Below, one piece after another: positions 54,540 through 63,367 of a stretch of DNA of 64,000 nucleotides. The notes below the pieces were generated by a model. That model was not told where the DNA came from. It searched no databases and saw nothing but the letters and a program-made list of their open reading frames with translations. Made by a program: the position numbers and the translations under genes. Origin of the DNA: an uncultured Acidobacteriota bacterium (GTDB taxonomy: Bacteria > Actinomycetota > Acidimicrobiia > Spongiisociales > ZC4RG35); the NCBI GenBank assembly GCA_963828465.1, contig CAWHEU010000022.1:320001-384000 (forward strand), given 5' to 3'. The number at the start of each line of letters is the position of its first letter. The first letter of the stretch is position 1.

Positions 54540-55134
54540 ATGCTGTTGGCTTTCGCCCTGAGCGCGGTGTGCCTGATGGCACCGGTCGATGGCCCGGTTG
54601 TCGCCGAATATGCGCCAGTGGGGTCTTATGGCGGCCACTGGGGCATCGACTATGCAGCCGGCTGTGGGTTCACAGGTGCGGGCACCGGCCTCGGGCCGGA
54701 TCACTTTCGCCGGCTCGGTAGCAGGGATGAGATCGGTGACCATCGAACCGGTCCCCGGGTTCAAGGTGTCGTTGAGCTATCTGTCGGAGATCGAGCAGTC
54801 GTCGGGAGCCAGCGTCGGTCGGGGTGAGGTGATCGGAAGATCCGGATCACCCCATGGCGTGAATGGGGTCCATCTGTCGACCAGAATCGACGGCGAGTAC
54901 GTCGACCCTGGGACCCAACTGGGATGTCGTGACACCGACATCACCCGAGCGCTCCGGCTGGTGACGCCTCCGGGACCGTATGCTCGCCAACGTGCGCACC
55001 GGGATCCTGGGCGGGACGTTCGACCCGATCCATATCGCCCATCTCCACGCCGGCGAGACGGCATTGTTCGCAGCCGACCTCGACCGGGTGTTGTTCATGC
55101 CCGCTGGCGACCCATGGCAAAAAGGAGCACGTGA
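54540..55134 (+). CDS. M23-family peptidase-like protein (apparent +1 frameshift near 54660)
   Basis: GHWGIDY, then VRAPASGRITFAG, GEVIGRSG, VHLSTRIDGEYVDP; 3' end overlaps nadD. Confidence 0.75.
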
Positions 55135-55564
55135 GCTCACACCAGCCGCCGAACGTCTGGAGATGACGAGGCTGGCCGTCGAAGAAACGGACGGATTCGA
55201 GATAGACGATCGTGAGATCGATCGGAACGGTCCTACCTACACCATCGATACGTTGCTCACTTTCCCTTCGGGCGAGGAGCTGTTCCTGATCCTCGGGGCC
55301 GACGCCGCCATCGGGCTTCCCACGTGGCACCGCTGGGAGGAGGTCATCGAAAGGGCGGGCATCCTCGTGGTGCCCCGACCGGGCACGGACCTCGCGGCGG
55401 TCGCCGCGACGGTTCCTGAGGCCACCATCCTGGAGATGTCGGCGCTCGATATCAGCTCGACATCGATCCGTGATTTGGCGGCGTCAGGGCGGCCCTATCG
55501 CTTCCTGGTGCCCTCAGAAGTCCACCGGTTTATCGACAGCAAGGGTGTCTACACGCAAATGTGA
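54992..55564 (+). CDS. nadD: Nicotinate-nucleotide adenylyltransferase
   Basis: GILGGTFDPIHIAHL, YTIDTL, ILGAD, ISSTSIR; TATGCT -10 box 7 nt before the GTG. Confidence 0.95.
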   Translation: MRTGILGGTFDPIHIAHLHAGETALFAADLDRVLFMPAGDPWQKGARELTPAAERLEMTRLAVEETDGFEIDDREIDRNGPTYTIDTLLTFPSGEELFLILGADAAIGLPTWHRWEEVIERAGILVVPRPGTDLAAVAATVPEATILEMSALDISSTSIRDLAASGRPYRFLVPSEVHRFIDSKGVYTQM

Positions 55565-55607
55565 GCAGGCGATATGGTGGGGGCGCAAACGACCAGGAGG
55601 AATCCCC

Positions 55608-55976
55608 GTAGATAGCGGAAGAGAACAGGCTCGGGTGGCGGCGGACGCCATCTTCAGCAAAAAGGGCATGGACATCGTGTTGCTCGACGTAGAAGGGCTG
55701 TTCGTTCTCTCCGACGTCTTCGTCATTGCCACCGGGACCTCTCGTCCGCACGTCCAATCGCTCGCAGAGCACGTCGAGGAACGGATGTCTGAGGAGCTGG
55801 GTCTCAAGCCTCTGCGTAGCGAAGGCCGGGTGGAAGCCGAGTGGGTGCTTCTCGATTTCGGCGATGTCATCGTCCACGTCTTTCAGGCGTCGGCACGTGA
55901 TTTCTACGGTCTGGAGCGATTGTGGGCCGATGCCGAGAATGTCGACTGGGTGGAGCCGGTCGCCGCCGACGGCTGA
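55608..55976 (+). CDS. rsfS: Ribosome silencing factor (start uncertain: GTA 55608 or GTG 55635)
   Basis: KKGMDIVLLDV, FVIATG, WVLLDFGDVIVHVF, FYGLERLW; follows nadD. Confidence 0.93.
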   Translation, partial: VDSGREQARVAADAIFSKKGMDIVLLDVEGLFVLSDVFVIATGTSRPHVQSLAEHVEERMSEELGLKPLRSEGRVEAEWVLLDFGDVIVHVFQASARDFYGLERLWADAENVDWVEPVAADG

Positions 55977-55978
55977 TC

Positions 55979-56211
55979 AGTACAGGACAGGGGTCCCTGC
56001 GGCATCCCTCGTCCACATGATCATCCCTACATCACGTGGTGGCACGGGCAGGCGTCTTGCGCCATTGAAGGGTCAACAAGCGCCCGAACTGGCGTCTCCA
56101 CTTGGCACCGGCACCGGGAGCAAACGCCTCAGCAGGAACAGCCCAGGTGGGGTAGCCAAGTTCAAGGCCCCTGGTACTGCTCTGTGGGGAAGGGATGATC
56201 TCTGTACTCAT
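55979..56211. other. Long-range base-paired intergenic element containing a 59-aa minus-strand ORF (56032-56211)
   Basis: GATCATCCCT (56019-28) pairs with AGGGATGATC (56191-200); AGTACAGG (55979-86) with TCTGTACT (56201-08); further internal stems. Confidence 0.5.
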
Positions 56212-56441
56212 GGAAAGGGTTGATTCCTCGATTCGTTGTCAGGGACGCGGACGACCACGGGTGGTGCCAGCGGGGGTGTCACGAATGCGCACTATCGCGA
56301 TTCGGTGATTAACGCATCGTTAAGACCGGGTCGCCGTATGCATCGGGCACCGGTGAAGTCGTTGTCGACTGTCTCCCGGCTGGTTTTCTCCGGGGGTTGG
56401 CTCATGCTGGCGCAGACCGATAACCTGGGGCTTCCCCGTTT

Positions 56442-56515
56442 GGGGCTGTAGCTCAGCCTGGCAGAGCACCTGACTGGCAGTCAGGGGGTCAGGGGTTCAA
56501 ATCCCCTCAGCTCCA
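56442..56515 (+). tRNA. tRNA-Ala(GGC)
   Basis: GGGGCTGTAGCTCAG...CCTGA-CTGGCAG-TCAGG...GGTTCAAATCC...CAGCTCCA. Confidence 0.95.
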
Positions 56516-56533
56516 CTTTCAACCCTCCCGGGG

Positions 56534-57917
56534 TCACTGTTCCGGTGGGATGTTCTGGTTGAGCCGGAACAGGTTGTCGGGGTCGTAATGGGCCTTGACA
56601 CGACGGAGCCGGTCCCAGGTTCCGCCCGGGTAGGCAGCCCGCACACGGTCCTGTCCCTCATCGGCGAGGAAGCCGACGTACCCGCTGAGGTCGCCGTTGC
56701 TTAGGGACTTGGCGAAGTCGGACACCCACGTCTCGCGCCGCTGGCGGTCGTCGGGGCCTTCGTAGAACGAAGCGACATTGATCATCATTTTCCGATCGCG
56801 GTGAGCGAACGCTGTGGCGTCGTTGGGGACACGAGCCATGGCTCCGCCCAGGACCCGGAGTTGGGCTACCCGCATTGGTGCATCCGAGTCTTCGAGATAA
56901 CCGAGGATGGTCTCCGCGGTTGCCGAATCGAAGGTGTCGGCCCACAACGTCCGGGCTACTGCCAGCGGTCGGTACTCCTCGTCTTCCGGTCCGTAGATCT
57001 CCGGATAGGGCATCTCTTGGACCATGTCGGCGATCGGCTGAGCGAGCCGGCGGAACCGATCCATCACCTTCTGCCCTTCGTCGATGTCGCCGCACCACGC
57101 CACCAGGGCCATGATCACGAGGCTGCCGTGGATCTCCTCTGGGACGAATGGCAGGGGCGGGCAGCTCATGACGTTGGCGATGGTCGACAGCTCTTCGGGA
57201 GCCTGCTCCGCCTCGGCGATGAACCCGACGATGGTGTCGACCGTGGCAGGGAGAACCATCATCCCGCCGACGATCCGGTCCAGCTCCTGTAGTCGAAGCT
57301 TGGAATTTGGTGGCGACCCCGAAATTGCCTCCACCTCCCCTGATGGCCCAGAAGAGGTCGGGATGAGACTCCTCGTCGGCGCGCACCACCTCGCCGTCCG
57401 CCGTGACCACCTCGGCGGCAAGTAGCGAGTCGATGGTCATGCCGTGCTTTCGCACGAGGAACCCGATTCCGCCTCCGAGGGTGATTCCGCCCAGTCCCAC
57501 CGATCCTGTGTCGCCGAGCCCGGTGGCTAGCCCGACGGCGTTGGTCTCGTTGCTGTATTCGGCGGCGGTGAGACCGGAGTCGGCCCATGCGGTCCTGGAC
57601 TCGATGTCGATCTCGAGGGACTTGAGGCTCCTCAGATCGATCACGATCCCGCCATCGGTGGTGCTGTGTCCGGCGGCGCTGTGCCCGCCACTGCGGATGG
57701 CGAGCTCGACACCGGTCTCCCGCGCGATGGTCAGGACCGTCGCTATGTCGCTGGCGTCTGCCACTTGGGCGACCGCGGCGGGGCGGACACCGTCGTAGAC
57801 GGGTATGAAGAGTCGGTGGGCGTCGTCGTATCCCTCGTCCTCGGGCGTGAAAACCTGTCCTGTCAGCGCTTGGCGGAGACGTTCGATGTCGATATTGGGT
57901 CTGGCTGCGATGGACAT
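56534..57917 (-). CDS. FAD-binding oxidoreductase, BBE-like (apparent +1 frameshift near 57302)
   Basis: IRSGGHS, GITLGGG.G, DLFWAIRGGGGNFGV, then RLRRVKAHYDPDNLFRLNQNI. Confidence 0.88.
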
Positions 57918-58032
57918 GGGCTGACCTCCTTTTCTTGCTCATCGCTTTCATCCTTACAACGAACGGGACGCTGCCCAAAACGACAGGTATCGGCCAAAGG
58001 CGATCGATGGACGTTCGCGGTAGCGTCGCATG

Positions 58033-58899
58033 ATGCGGCCCAACCACTCTTACGGCCCCTCCACGTACTCGATCGTGGGCGCCGATCCCGAGGCAGGGGA
58101 GTGTGGCGTGGCCGTGCAGTCGAAGTTCCTCGCTGTCGGTGCCTTCGTGCCTTGGGCCCGGGGAGGGATCGGGGCTGTGGCCACTCAGGCATACGGCGAG
58201 GTCACCTACGGGAGCCGCGGGCTGGATCTGCTGGAATCGGGGCTCTCACCAGAGGACACTATCGATCGTCTGACGGGCGACGACGATCTACGCAGTCATC
58301 GGCAGGTCGGGGTGGTCGCCGCCGATGGCCGCAGCGCCTCATACACCGGTGAGGAGTGCTTCGAACACGCAGTGAGCGTCACCGGGGACGGCTTCGCCGC
58401 CCAGGGCAACATCCTCACCAATCCCGACGTCCCCGAGGCGATGGCGGACACCTTCCGTGGCTCGTCGGGAAGGCTGGCGGATCGGCTCCTCGCTGCCCTC
58501 ACCGCCGGCGAGACGGCCGGGGGAGAGAAGCGTGGCATGGAGTCGGCCGCTTTGCTCGTAGTCCGGCCAGGCGGCGGGTATGGCGGGAACCACGATCGAT
58601 GGCTCGATCTCCGCATAGACCATTCCGACACCCCGATCGAAGACCTGAGCGGCCTACTCGATCTCCACACTTTGTATTTCGGCAAGACGGAGGAAGGAGA
58701 GCTCCTGGCATTCGACGAGGGTCTTCAAAACGAGGTTCGTGGGATCCTCGACTCCATCGGCTGGTGGGATCCCGGCAACACTTTGGGAGACAACCTCCAA
58801 GGGTGGCTGGGGTGGCACAACCTGGAGGAACGATGGATGGGGACGGAACGACTCGATCCCGTCGTACTGGGCGAGTTGCGCAAGGCGTCGAACGCGTAG
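58033..58899 (+). CDS. DUF1028-family Ntn-hydrolase-like protein
   Basis: TYSIVG...GVAVQSKFLAVG, GAVATQA, RQVGVV, AQGNIL, SAALLV, DLRIDH. Confidence 0.9.
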   Translation: MRPNHSYGPSTYSIVGADPEAGECGVAVQSKFLAVGAFVPWARGGIGAVATQAYGEVTYGSRGLDLLESGLSPEDTIDRLTGDDDLRSHRQVGVVAADGRSASYTGEECFEHAVSVTGDGFAAQGNILTNPDVPEAMADTFRGSSGRLADRLLAALTAGETAGGEKRGMESAALLVVRPGGGYGGNHDRWLDLRIDHSDTPIEDLSGLLDLHTLYFGKTEEGELLAFDEGLQNEVRGILDSIGWWDPGNTLGDNLQGWLGWHNLEERWMGTERLDPVVLGELRKASNA

Positions 58900-58909
58900 C
58901 CTCCCGAGA

Positions 58910-59875
58910 ATGATTGTCGACGCCGCTTGCTATCAGCTTGGACAGAGGGTCCCTGGCAACTTCGACTACGAGGAGGCAGGGAGGCTCATCACCGAGCCAG
59001 ACACGTTTGCCTGGGTGGGACTGCATGAGCCGAGCCCGGAGGAGTTCGAGAAGGCGGTCAAGACCTTCCATCTTCACGAGTTGGCGGTCGACGACGCATT
59101 GCGGGCACATCAGCGACCCAAGCTGGAGACTTTCGACGAAACCTTGTTCGTGGTGACGAAGCCGGCTCGATATGCCGACCCGGTGGAGATCATCGAATTC
59201 GGTGAGATCCTCATCTTCGTCGACCCCGACTTCGCCGTGGCGGTCCGCCACGGCGAGGCAAGCCGGCTCATCGAGGCACGGCACAAGCTCGAGGCCGATC
59301 CGCAGCGACTCGCCTGTGGGGCTGGCTCGGTGCTTCACGCCATCCTCCATCAAGTGGTGCGGGACTACGCAGTGGTCCTCGACGAACTGGGAGCCGACAT
59401 TCGTGGCATCGAGGAGGACGTCTTCTCCTCGAATGGTGATTCCGAGCGCATCTACCGGCTGAAGCAGGAGGTGCTCAGTTTCCACGAGGCGGCAGAGCCC
59501 CTCGAGGAGCCGTTGTATCGGCTGGCCACCGAGGACTTCAAGGCGATCGACGCCACATTGCGGCCCTATTTCCGTGACGTGCTCGACCACCTCCTTCGGG
59601 TATTGGACCGGATCAACATCTACCGGGACACACTCACCTCGGTCCTCGCAGCCAATCTCACCCAGGTCAGCCTCCGCCAGAACGAGGACATGCGAAAGAT
59701 CTCCGCCTATGTGGCCATCGCCGCCATCCCGACGCTGCTCGCCGGGATCTGGGGGATGAACTTCGAGCACATGCCCGAGATCAGCGCGGTCTGGGGTTAT
59801 CCGGCGGCACTGCTGATCATGGGCGGGGTCTGCCTCTTTCTCTATACCCGTTTCAAAAAGAGCGGCTGGCTCTGA
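58910..59875 (+). CDS. corA: CorA-family Mg/Co transporter
   Basis: LHELAVDDA..HQRPKLE, YFRDV.DH, QNEDMRKIS, WGMNF.HMPE. Confidence 0.93.
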   Translation: MIVDAACYQLGQRVPGNFDYEEAGRLITEPDTFAWVGLHEPSPEEFEKAVKTFHLHELAVDDALRAHQRPKLETFDETLFVVTKPARYADPVEIIEFGEILIFVDPDFAVAVRHGEASRLIEARHKLEADPQRLACGAGSVLHAILHQVVRDYAVVLDELGADIRGIEEDVFSSNGDSERIYRLKQEVLSFHEAAEPLEEPLYRLATEDFKAIDATLRPYFRDVLDHLLRVLDRINIYRDTLTSVLAANLTQVSLRQNEDMRKISAYVAIAAIPTLLAGIWGMNFEHMPEISAVWGYPAALLIMGGVCLFLYTRFKKSGWL

Positions 59876-59900
59876 GAATGCATGGGGGCGATTCCCCATG

Positions 59901-60147
59901 CTGATCCTTTGACGCTTCGACAGTTCGCTGCTCAAATTGTCGGTGAGCTCGTCGGCAGCCGAAAGCGGAGCCATGACAGGAACGCACAACATCGAGAATC
60001 GCCCGTCCGGGCGCATGTGCATCTGTCCTCGCTCTCGGGTAGCCGTGACGAGCGACGTCATTCGCTCGTAGGGACGTCAGGCTCCCGAGAGTCATCGAGA
60101 AGATCCTCGAGGCGTCCTGTTGTTCGAGAAGCGACCAGATCAGGAGG
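59901..60147 (+). other. Highly structured putative 5' leader upstream of the OsmC-like gene
   Basis: Nested stems listed under findings; closing stem CTGATC/GATCAG overlaps SD AGGAGG. Confidence 0.45.
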
Positions 60148-60154
60148 AAGAAAG

Positions 60155-60715
60155 ATGACGACGACCGACACACCGGTCAACAATGGAGTGAACGTACAGG
60201 CACTCCTCGATGCCAGAACCGCCCTCGTCGACGCCCCGGAGGCCGCCCAGTTCACCTGGAAGGCATCCACGGAGTGGAAGGGTGGGACCCATAGTCACTC
60301 TGTGGTGGAAGAATTCTACGGCCTCGGCGGCGACCAGACCCATCGCACGACCTTCGGCTTCGATGCCGATCACCCCGAGGTGTTCGCATCCGAGGACAAC
60401 GGGGCCACCCCGGTTGAGTTCGTCCTCGTGGGGCTGGCCAGCTGTCTGACCGCTGGTGTCGCCGCGGTGGCCCAGAATCGCGGGATCCAGCTCAACTCGG
60501 TGAAGGCGACGATCGAGGGCGACATGGACATCCTCGGCATCCTCGGCGCAGACCCCGAGGTCCGCAACGGGTTCAACCACATCAAGGTGAAGTACGACAT
60601 CGATGCCGATGCCTCGCAGGAGGACATCGAGGCCTTGGTGGCGCAGTCACAGAAGCGATCCGCAGTGTTCGACGTGATCACCAACCCCACCAATGTGACC
60701 GTCGAAGTCAACTGA
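60155..60715 (+). CDS. OsmC-family protein
   Basis: NNGVNV..L, DADHPE, TPVEFVLVGLASCL, EGDMDI.GILG, RNGF, SAVFD; SD AGGAGG. Confidence 0.88.
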   Translation: MTTTDTPVNNGVNVQALLDARTALVDAPEAAQFTWKASTEWKGGTHSHSVVEEFYGLGGDQTHRTTFGFDADHPEVFASEDNGATPVEFVLVGLASCLTAGVAAVAQNRGIQLNSVKATIEGDMDILGILGADPEVRNGFNHIKVKYDIDADASQEDIEALVAQSQKRSAVFDVITNPTNVTVEVN

Positions 60716-61971
60716 GCAAAGAACCCACACGCACGACGACGGTCGTTATCGGCGCTGGTCACGCCGGGCTCGCCGTCAGCCATTTCCTCAGCCAGCGCTC
60801 GATCGACCATGTCGTCATCGAGCGCGGCGAGGTGGCCAACACCTGGCGCACTGAGCGCTGGGATTCTCTTCGTCTGCTCACGCCCAATTGGCAGAGCCGC
60901 CTGCCGGGGCTCGGGTATGACGGCGACGATCCGGACGGCTACATGACCATGCCCGAGGTGATCGGGTTCATCGACACCTATGCCAAGACCGTCGATGCCC
61001 CGATCAGGACCCACACCACCGTCAAGTCCTTGCGGCCCAATCACGATGGGTACGAAGTGGTGACCGACGACGGGTCTTGGTCGAGCCCGACCGTGGTGAT
61101 GGCGACCGGCGGGTTCAATCTGGCCAACATGCCGGCCATTGCCGACGCCGTGCCCGGGTCTCTCGCGACGGTCACGCCACTTCAATACCGGGCGCCTGAT
61201 CAGCTGCCTGACGGCGGCGTATTGGTGGTCGGTGCCTCGGCGACCGGCATCCAGATCGCCGAGGAGGTGCACGCCTCGGGCCGGCCGGTGACCCTGTCGG
61301 TGGGTGAGCATGTCCGATTGCCCCGGGTGTACCGGGGCAAGGACATCATGTGGTGGCTGGATAGGACCGGAGTGCTCGACGAGCGGTGGGATGAGGTCGA
61401 CGATCTGGTCCGTGCCCGCAACATCCCATCGCCGCAGCTGGTGGGCACGCCCGAGCGCAGGACCCTGGACCTCAACGCCTTGACCGACCAGGGTGTCCGG
61501 TTGGTCGGTCGTGTGGCCGGGATCGTCGATGGAAAGGCCCAGTTGTCGGGCTCGCTGCGCAACCTGTGCAATCTCGCCGATCTCAAGATGGACCGCCTGC
61601 TCGGCACCATCGACGAATGGGTTCATGAGAACGGGTTGGAGGGCGAGGTCGAGGCGTCACATCGATTTGCCCCGACCCGCGTCGAGGAATCACCGCCCCT
61701 GAGCCTCGACCTCGCCGATGGCGGGATCTCGACGATCATCTGGGCGACCGGTTTCCGACCCGACTATTCGTGGCTCCACGCCCGGGTCCTGGACCGTAAG
61801 GGTCGTTTGAGACATGAGGCAGGAGTTGTCACTGAGGCGCCGGGTCTCTATCGAATCGGGTTGAACATGTTGCGGAGGCGCAAGTCGAGCTTCATACATG
61901 GAGCGGGAGACGATGCCCGTGACCTCACCGACCATCTTGCTGCCTACGTCGGGGTGGGCGCCGCGGTCTGA
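60712..61971 (+). CDS. Flavin-dependent monooxygenase/oxidoreductase (FMO-like); start probably CTG
   Basis: VVIGAGHAG, WRTERWDSLRLLTPNW, VVGASATG.Q, WATGFRPDY, SSFIHG. Confidence 0.85.
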   Translation: MSKEPTRTTTVVIGAGHAGLAVSHFLSQRSIDHVVIERGEVANTWRTERWDSLRLLTPNWQSRLPGLGYDGDDPDGYMTMPEVIGFIDTYAKTVDAPIRTHTTVKSLRPNHDGYEVVTDDGSWSSPTVVMATGGFNLANMPAIADAVPGSLATVTPLQYRAPDQLPDGGVLVVGASATGIQIAEEVHASGRPVTLSVGEHVRLPRVYRGKDIMWWLDRTGVLDERWDEVDDLVRARNIPSPQLVGTPERRTLDLNALTDQGVRLVGRVAGIVDGKAQLSGSLRNLCNLADLKMDRLLGTIDEWVHENGLEGEVEASHRFAPTRVEESPPLSLDLADGGISTIIWATGFRPDYSWLHARVLDRKGRLRHEAGVVTEAPGLYRIGLNMLRRRKSSFIHGAGDDARDLTDHLAAYVGVGAAV

Positions 61972-62020
61972 ACTTCGATCGGCTACCCGGCAGCCGGCAG
62001 GCTGATACCTTGCCATCGAT

Positions 62021-63280
62021 TTGATGAACCAGGCCTTCGCATCGAGCAAACTTGCAGACTCCCGTCTCGCAAAGCCGCGTGCGAGGATCGCAGCCGTCGC
62101 TGGGCTCTTGGTACTGGCCGCCCTGGGAGCGCTGATACTCGTCAATGGGTTTCCCGACGATCCCCGATACTGGCGGACGTTCCTGCTGGGTTTGCTTCTG
62201 GCTGTTCTGGCATCTGTGCCGGCCGTCGTTCTCCTGAGGTATCTGGACCGGCGAGACCCCGAACCTTGGTCTACGGCAAGTATCGCTTATCTGTGGGGAG
62301 CGGTGGTGGCGACGGGGTTCGGGATCGTGCTTCGTGCTCGTTTGGTGGAATCCCTGTTCCTCGCCTTCGATGAAGCCGCGGGCCTCTTCCGACCCACGGA
62401 ATCGGGCGTGCGGATCCACGTAGATCTCTTCGAATGGCTGGATACGGCCGTCGCCGCGCCGATGATCGAGGAGACGCTCAAGGCACTTGCTCTTGTCTTG
62501 CTCGTCGTAGTCTTTCCTGGCTTGGTCAACGGAGTGCGCGATGGTCTCGTCTACGGCGCCCTGGTCGGGCTGGGATTCGCCGTCGTGGAGGCCGCCGTGT
62601 ACATCGGCTACTGGTACGCCAATGCCGGGTCATTTGCCTTCATCGGCGAACTGGTGCCACGTTTCGTCTTCTTCGGTGTCAACGGGCATCTCATCTACAC
62701 AGCCTTGTTCGGAGCGGGGTTGGGCATCGCCGTCTTGTCCGAGCGGGGATGGGTGGCGAAGACACTCACGATCATTGGAGGGCTCTTGTTAGCCATCTCA
62801 GCGCACGCCATGTTTAATGCTTTCGGCCCCGTGTCGTTGTTGATCACGGTCTCCATCTTTGGGCTTGACCCCGGGGTTGTGGACATCGGCGAGCTGTGGT
62901 GGCTGAGCGCTCTGGCGGTCCTGATGACGTATGCCTGGGCGTACGTGGTCCTCATCTATCTGACGGTGCGCAGTGGTTACTCGGAGCTTGACGTCATCAA
63001 GGCTCAACTCCCGAGGGAGGCACCTCCCGTGGTAACCATCGAGGAGCTCGAGTTGATCCAGACTGAGGGCTTGTGGCGGCTAAGGCGCGTGCCCGATCTA
63101 CCACGGCGAACGTCGATCTACTTGGTCAGAGCCCAGAACCGGTTGGCGTTCCGACGCAGCCTCATGGACCGAAACAGCCAGCCGATTGATTCCGACGAAG
63201 CGCTCGGTCGTCTGCGTGAGCTCATCCCCACGATCAGAGAGCGCTTTACCGGGGATCCTCGCACCGTTACTCCGGATTGA
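62021..63280 (+). CDS. PrsW-family intramembrane metalloprotease
   Basis: LDRRDPEP, APMIEETLK, DGLVYG..GLGFA..E, GH..YT..G, HAMFN. Confidence 0.88.
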   Translation: MMNQAFASSKLADSRLAKPRARIAAVAGLLVLAALGALILVNGFPDDPRYWRTFLLGLLLAVLASVPAVVLLRYLDRRDPEPWSTASIAYLWGAVVATGFGIVLRARLVESLFLAFDEAAGLFRPTESGVRIHVDLFEWLDTAVAAPMIEETLKALALVLLVVVFPGLVNGVRDGLVYGALVGLGFAVVEAAVYIGYWYANAGSFAFIGELVPRFVFFGVNGHLIYTALFGAGLGIAVLSERGWVAKTLTIIGGLLLAISAHAMFNAFGPVSLLITVSIFGLDPGVVDIGELWWLSALAVLMTYAWAYVVLIYLTVRSGYSELDVIKAQLPREAPPVVTIEELELIQTEGLWRLRRVPDLPRRTSIYLVRAQNRLAFRRSLMDRNSQPIDSDEALGRLRELIPTIRERFTGDPRTVTPD

Positions 63281-63367
63281 TCACGCCTGGCCGCCGCCGG
63301 AGTAGGGTCTTGCAGGGTGGTCAGGTATCCATGTTGGACCTGGATCATCTCAGAAGGATGGAGTGGG

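Noticed and set aside
55976-56441. RNase P RNA, SRP RNA, or a glycine or c-di-AMP riboswitch in the rsfS-tRNA-Ala gap
   Set aside because: Their hallmark motifs (e.g. GAGGAAAGTCC for RNase P, the SRP CAGG..GGAA..AGCAG loop) were not found; the region is kept as an unassigned structured element.
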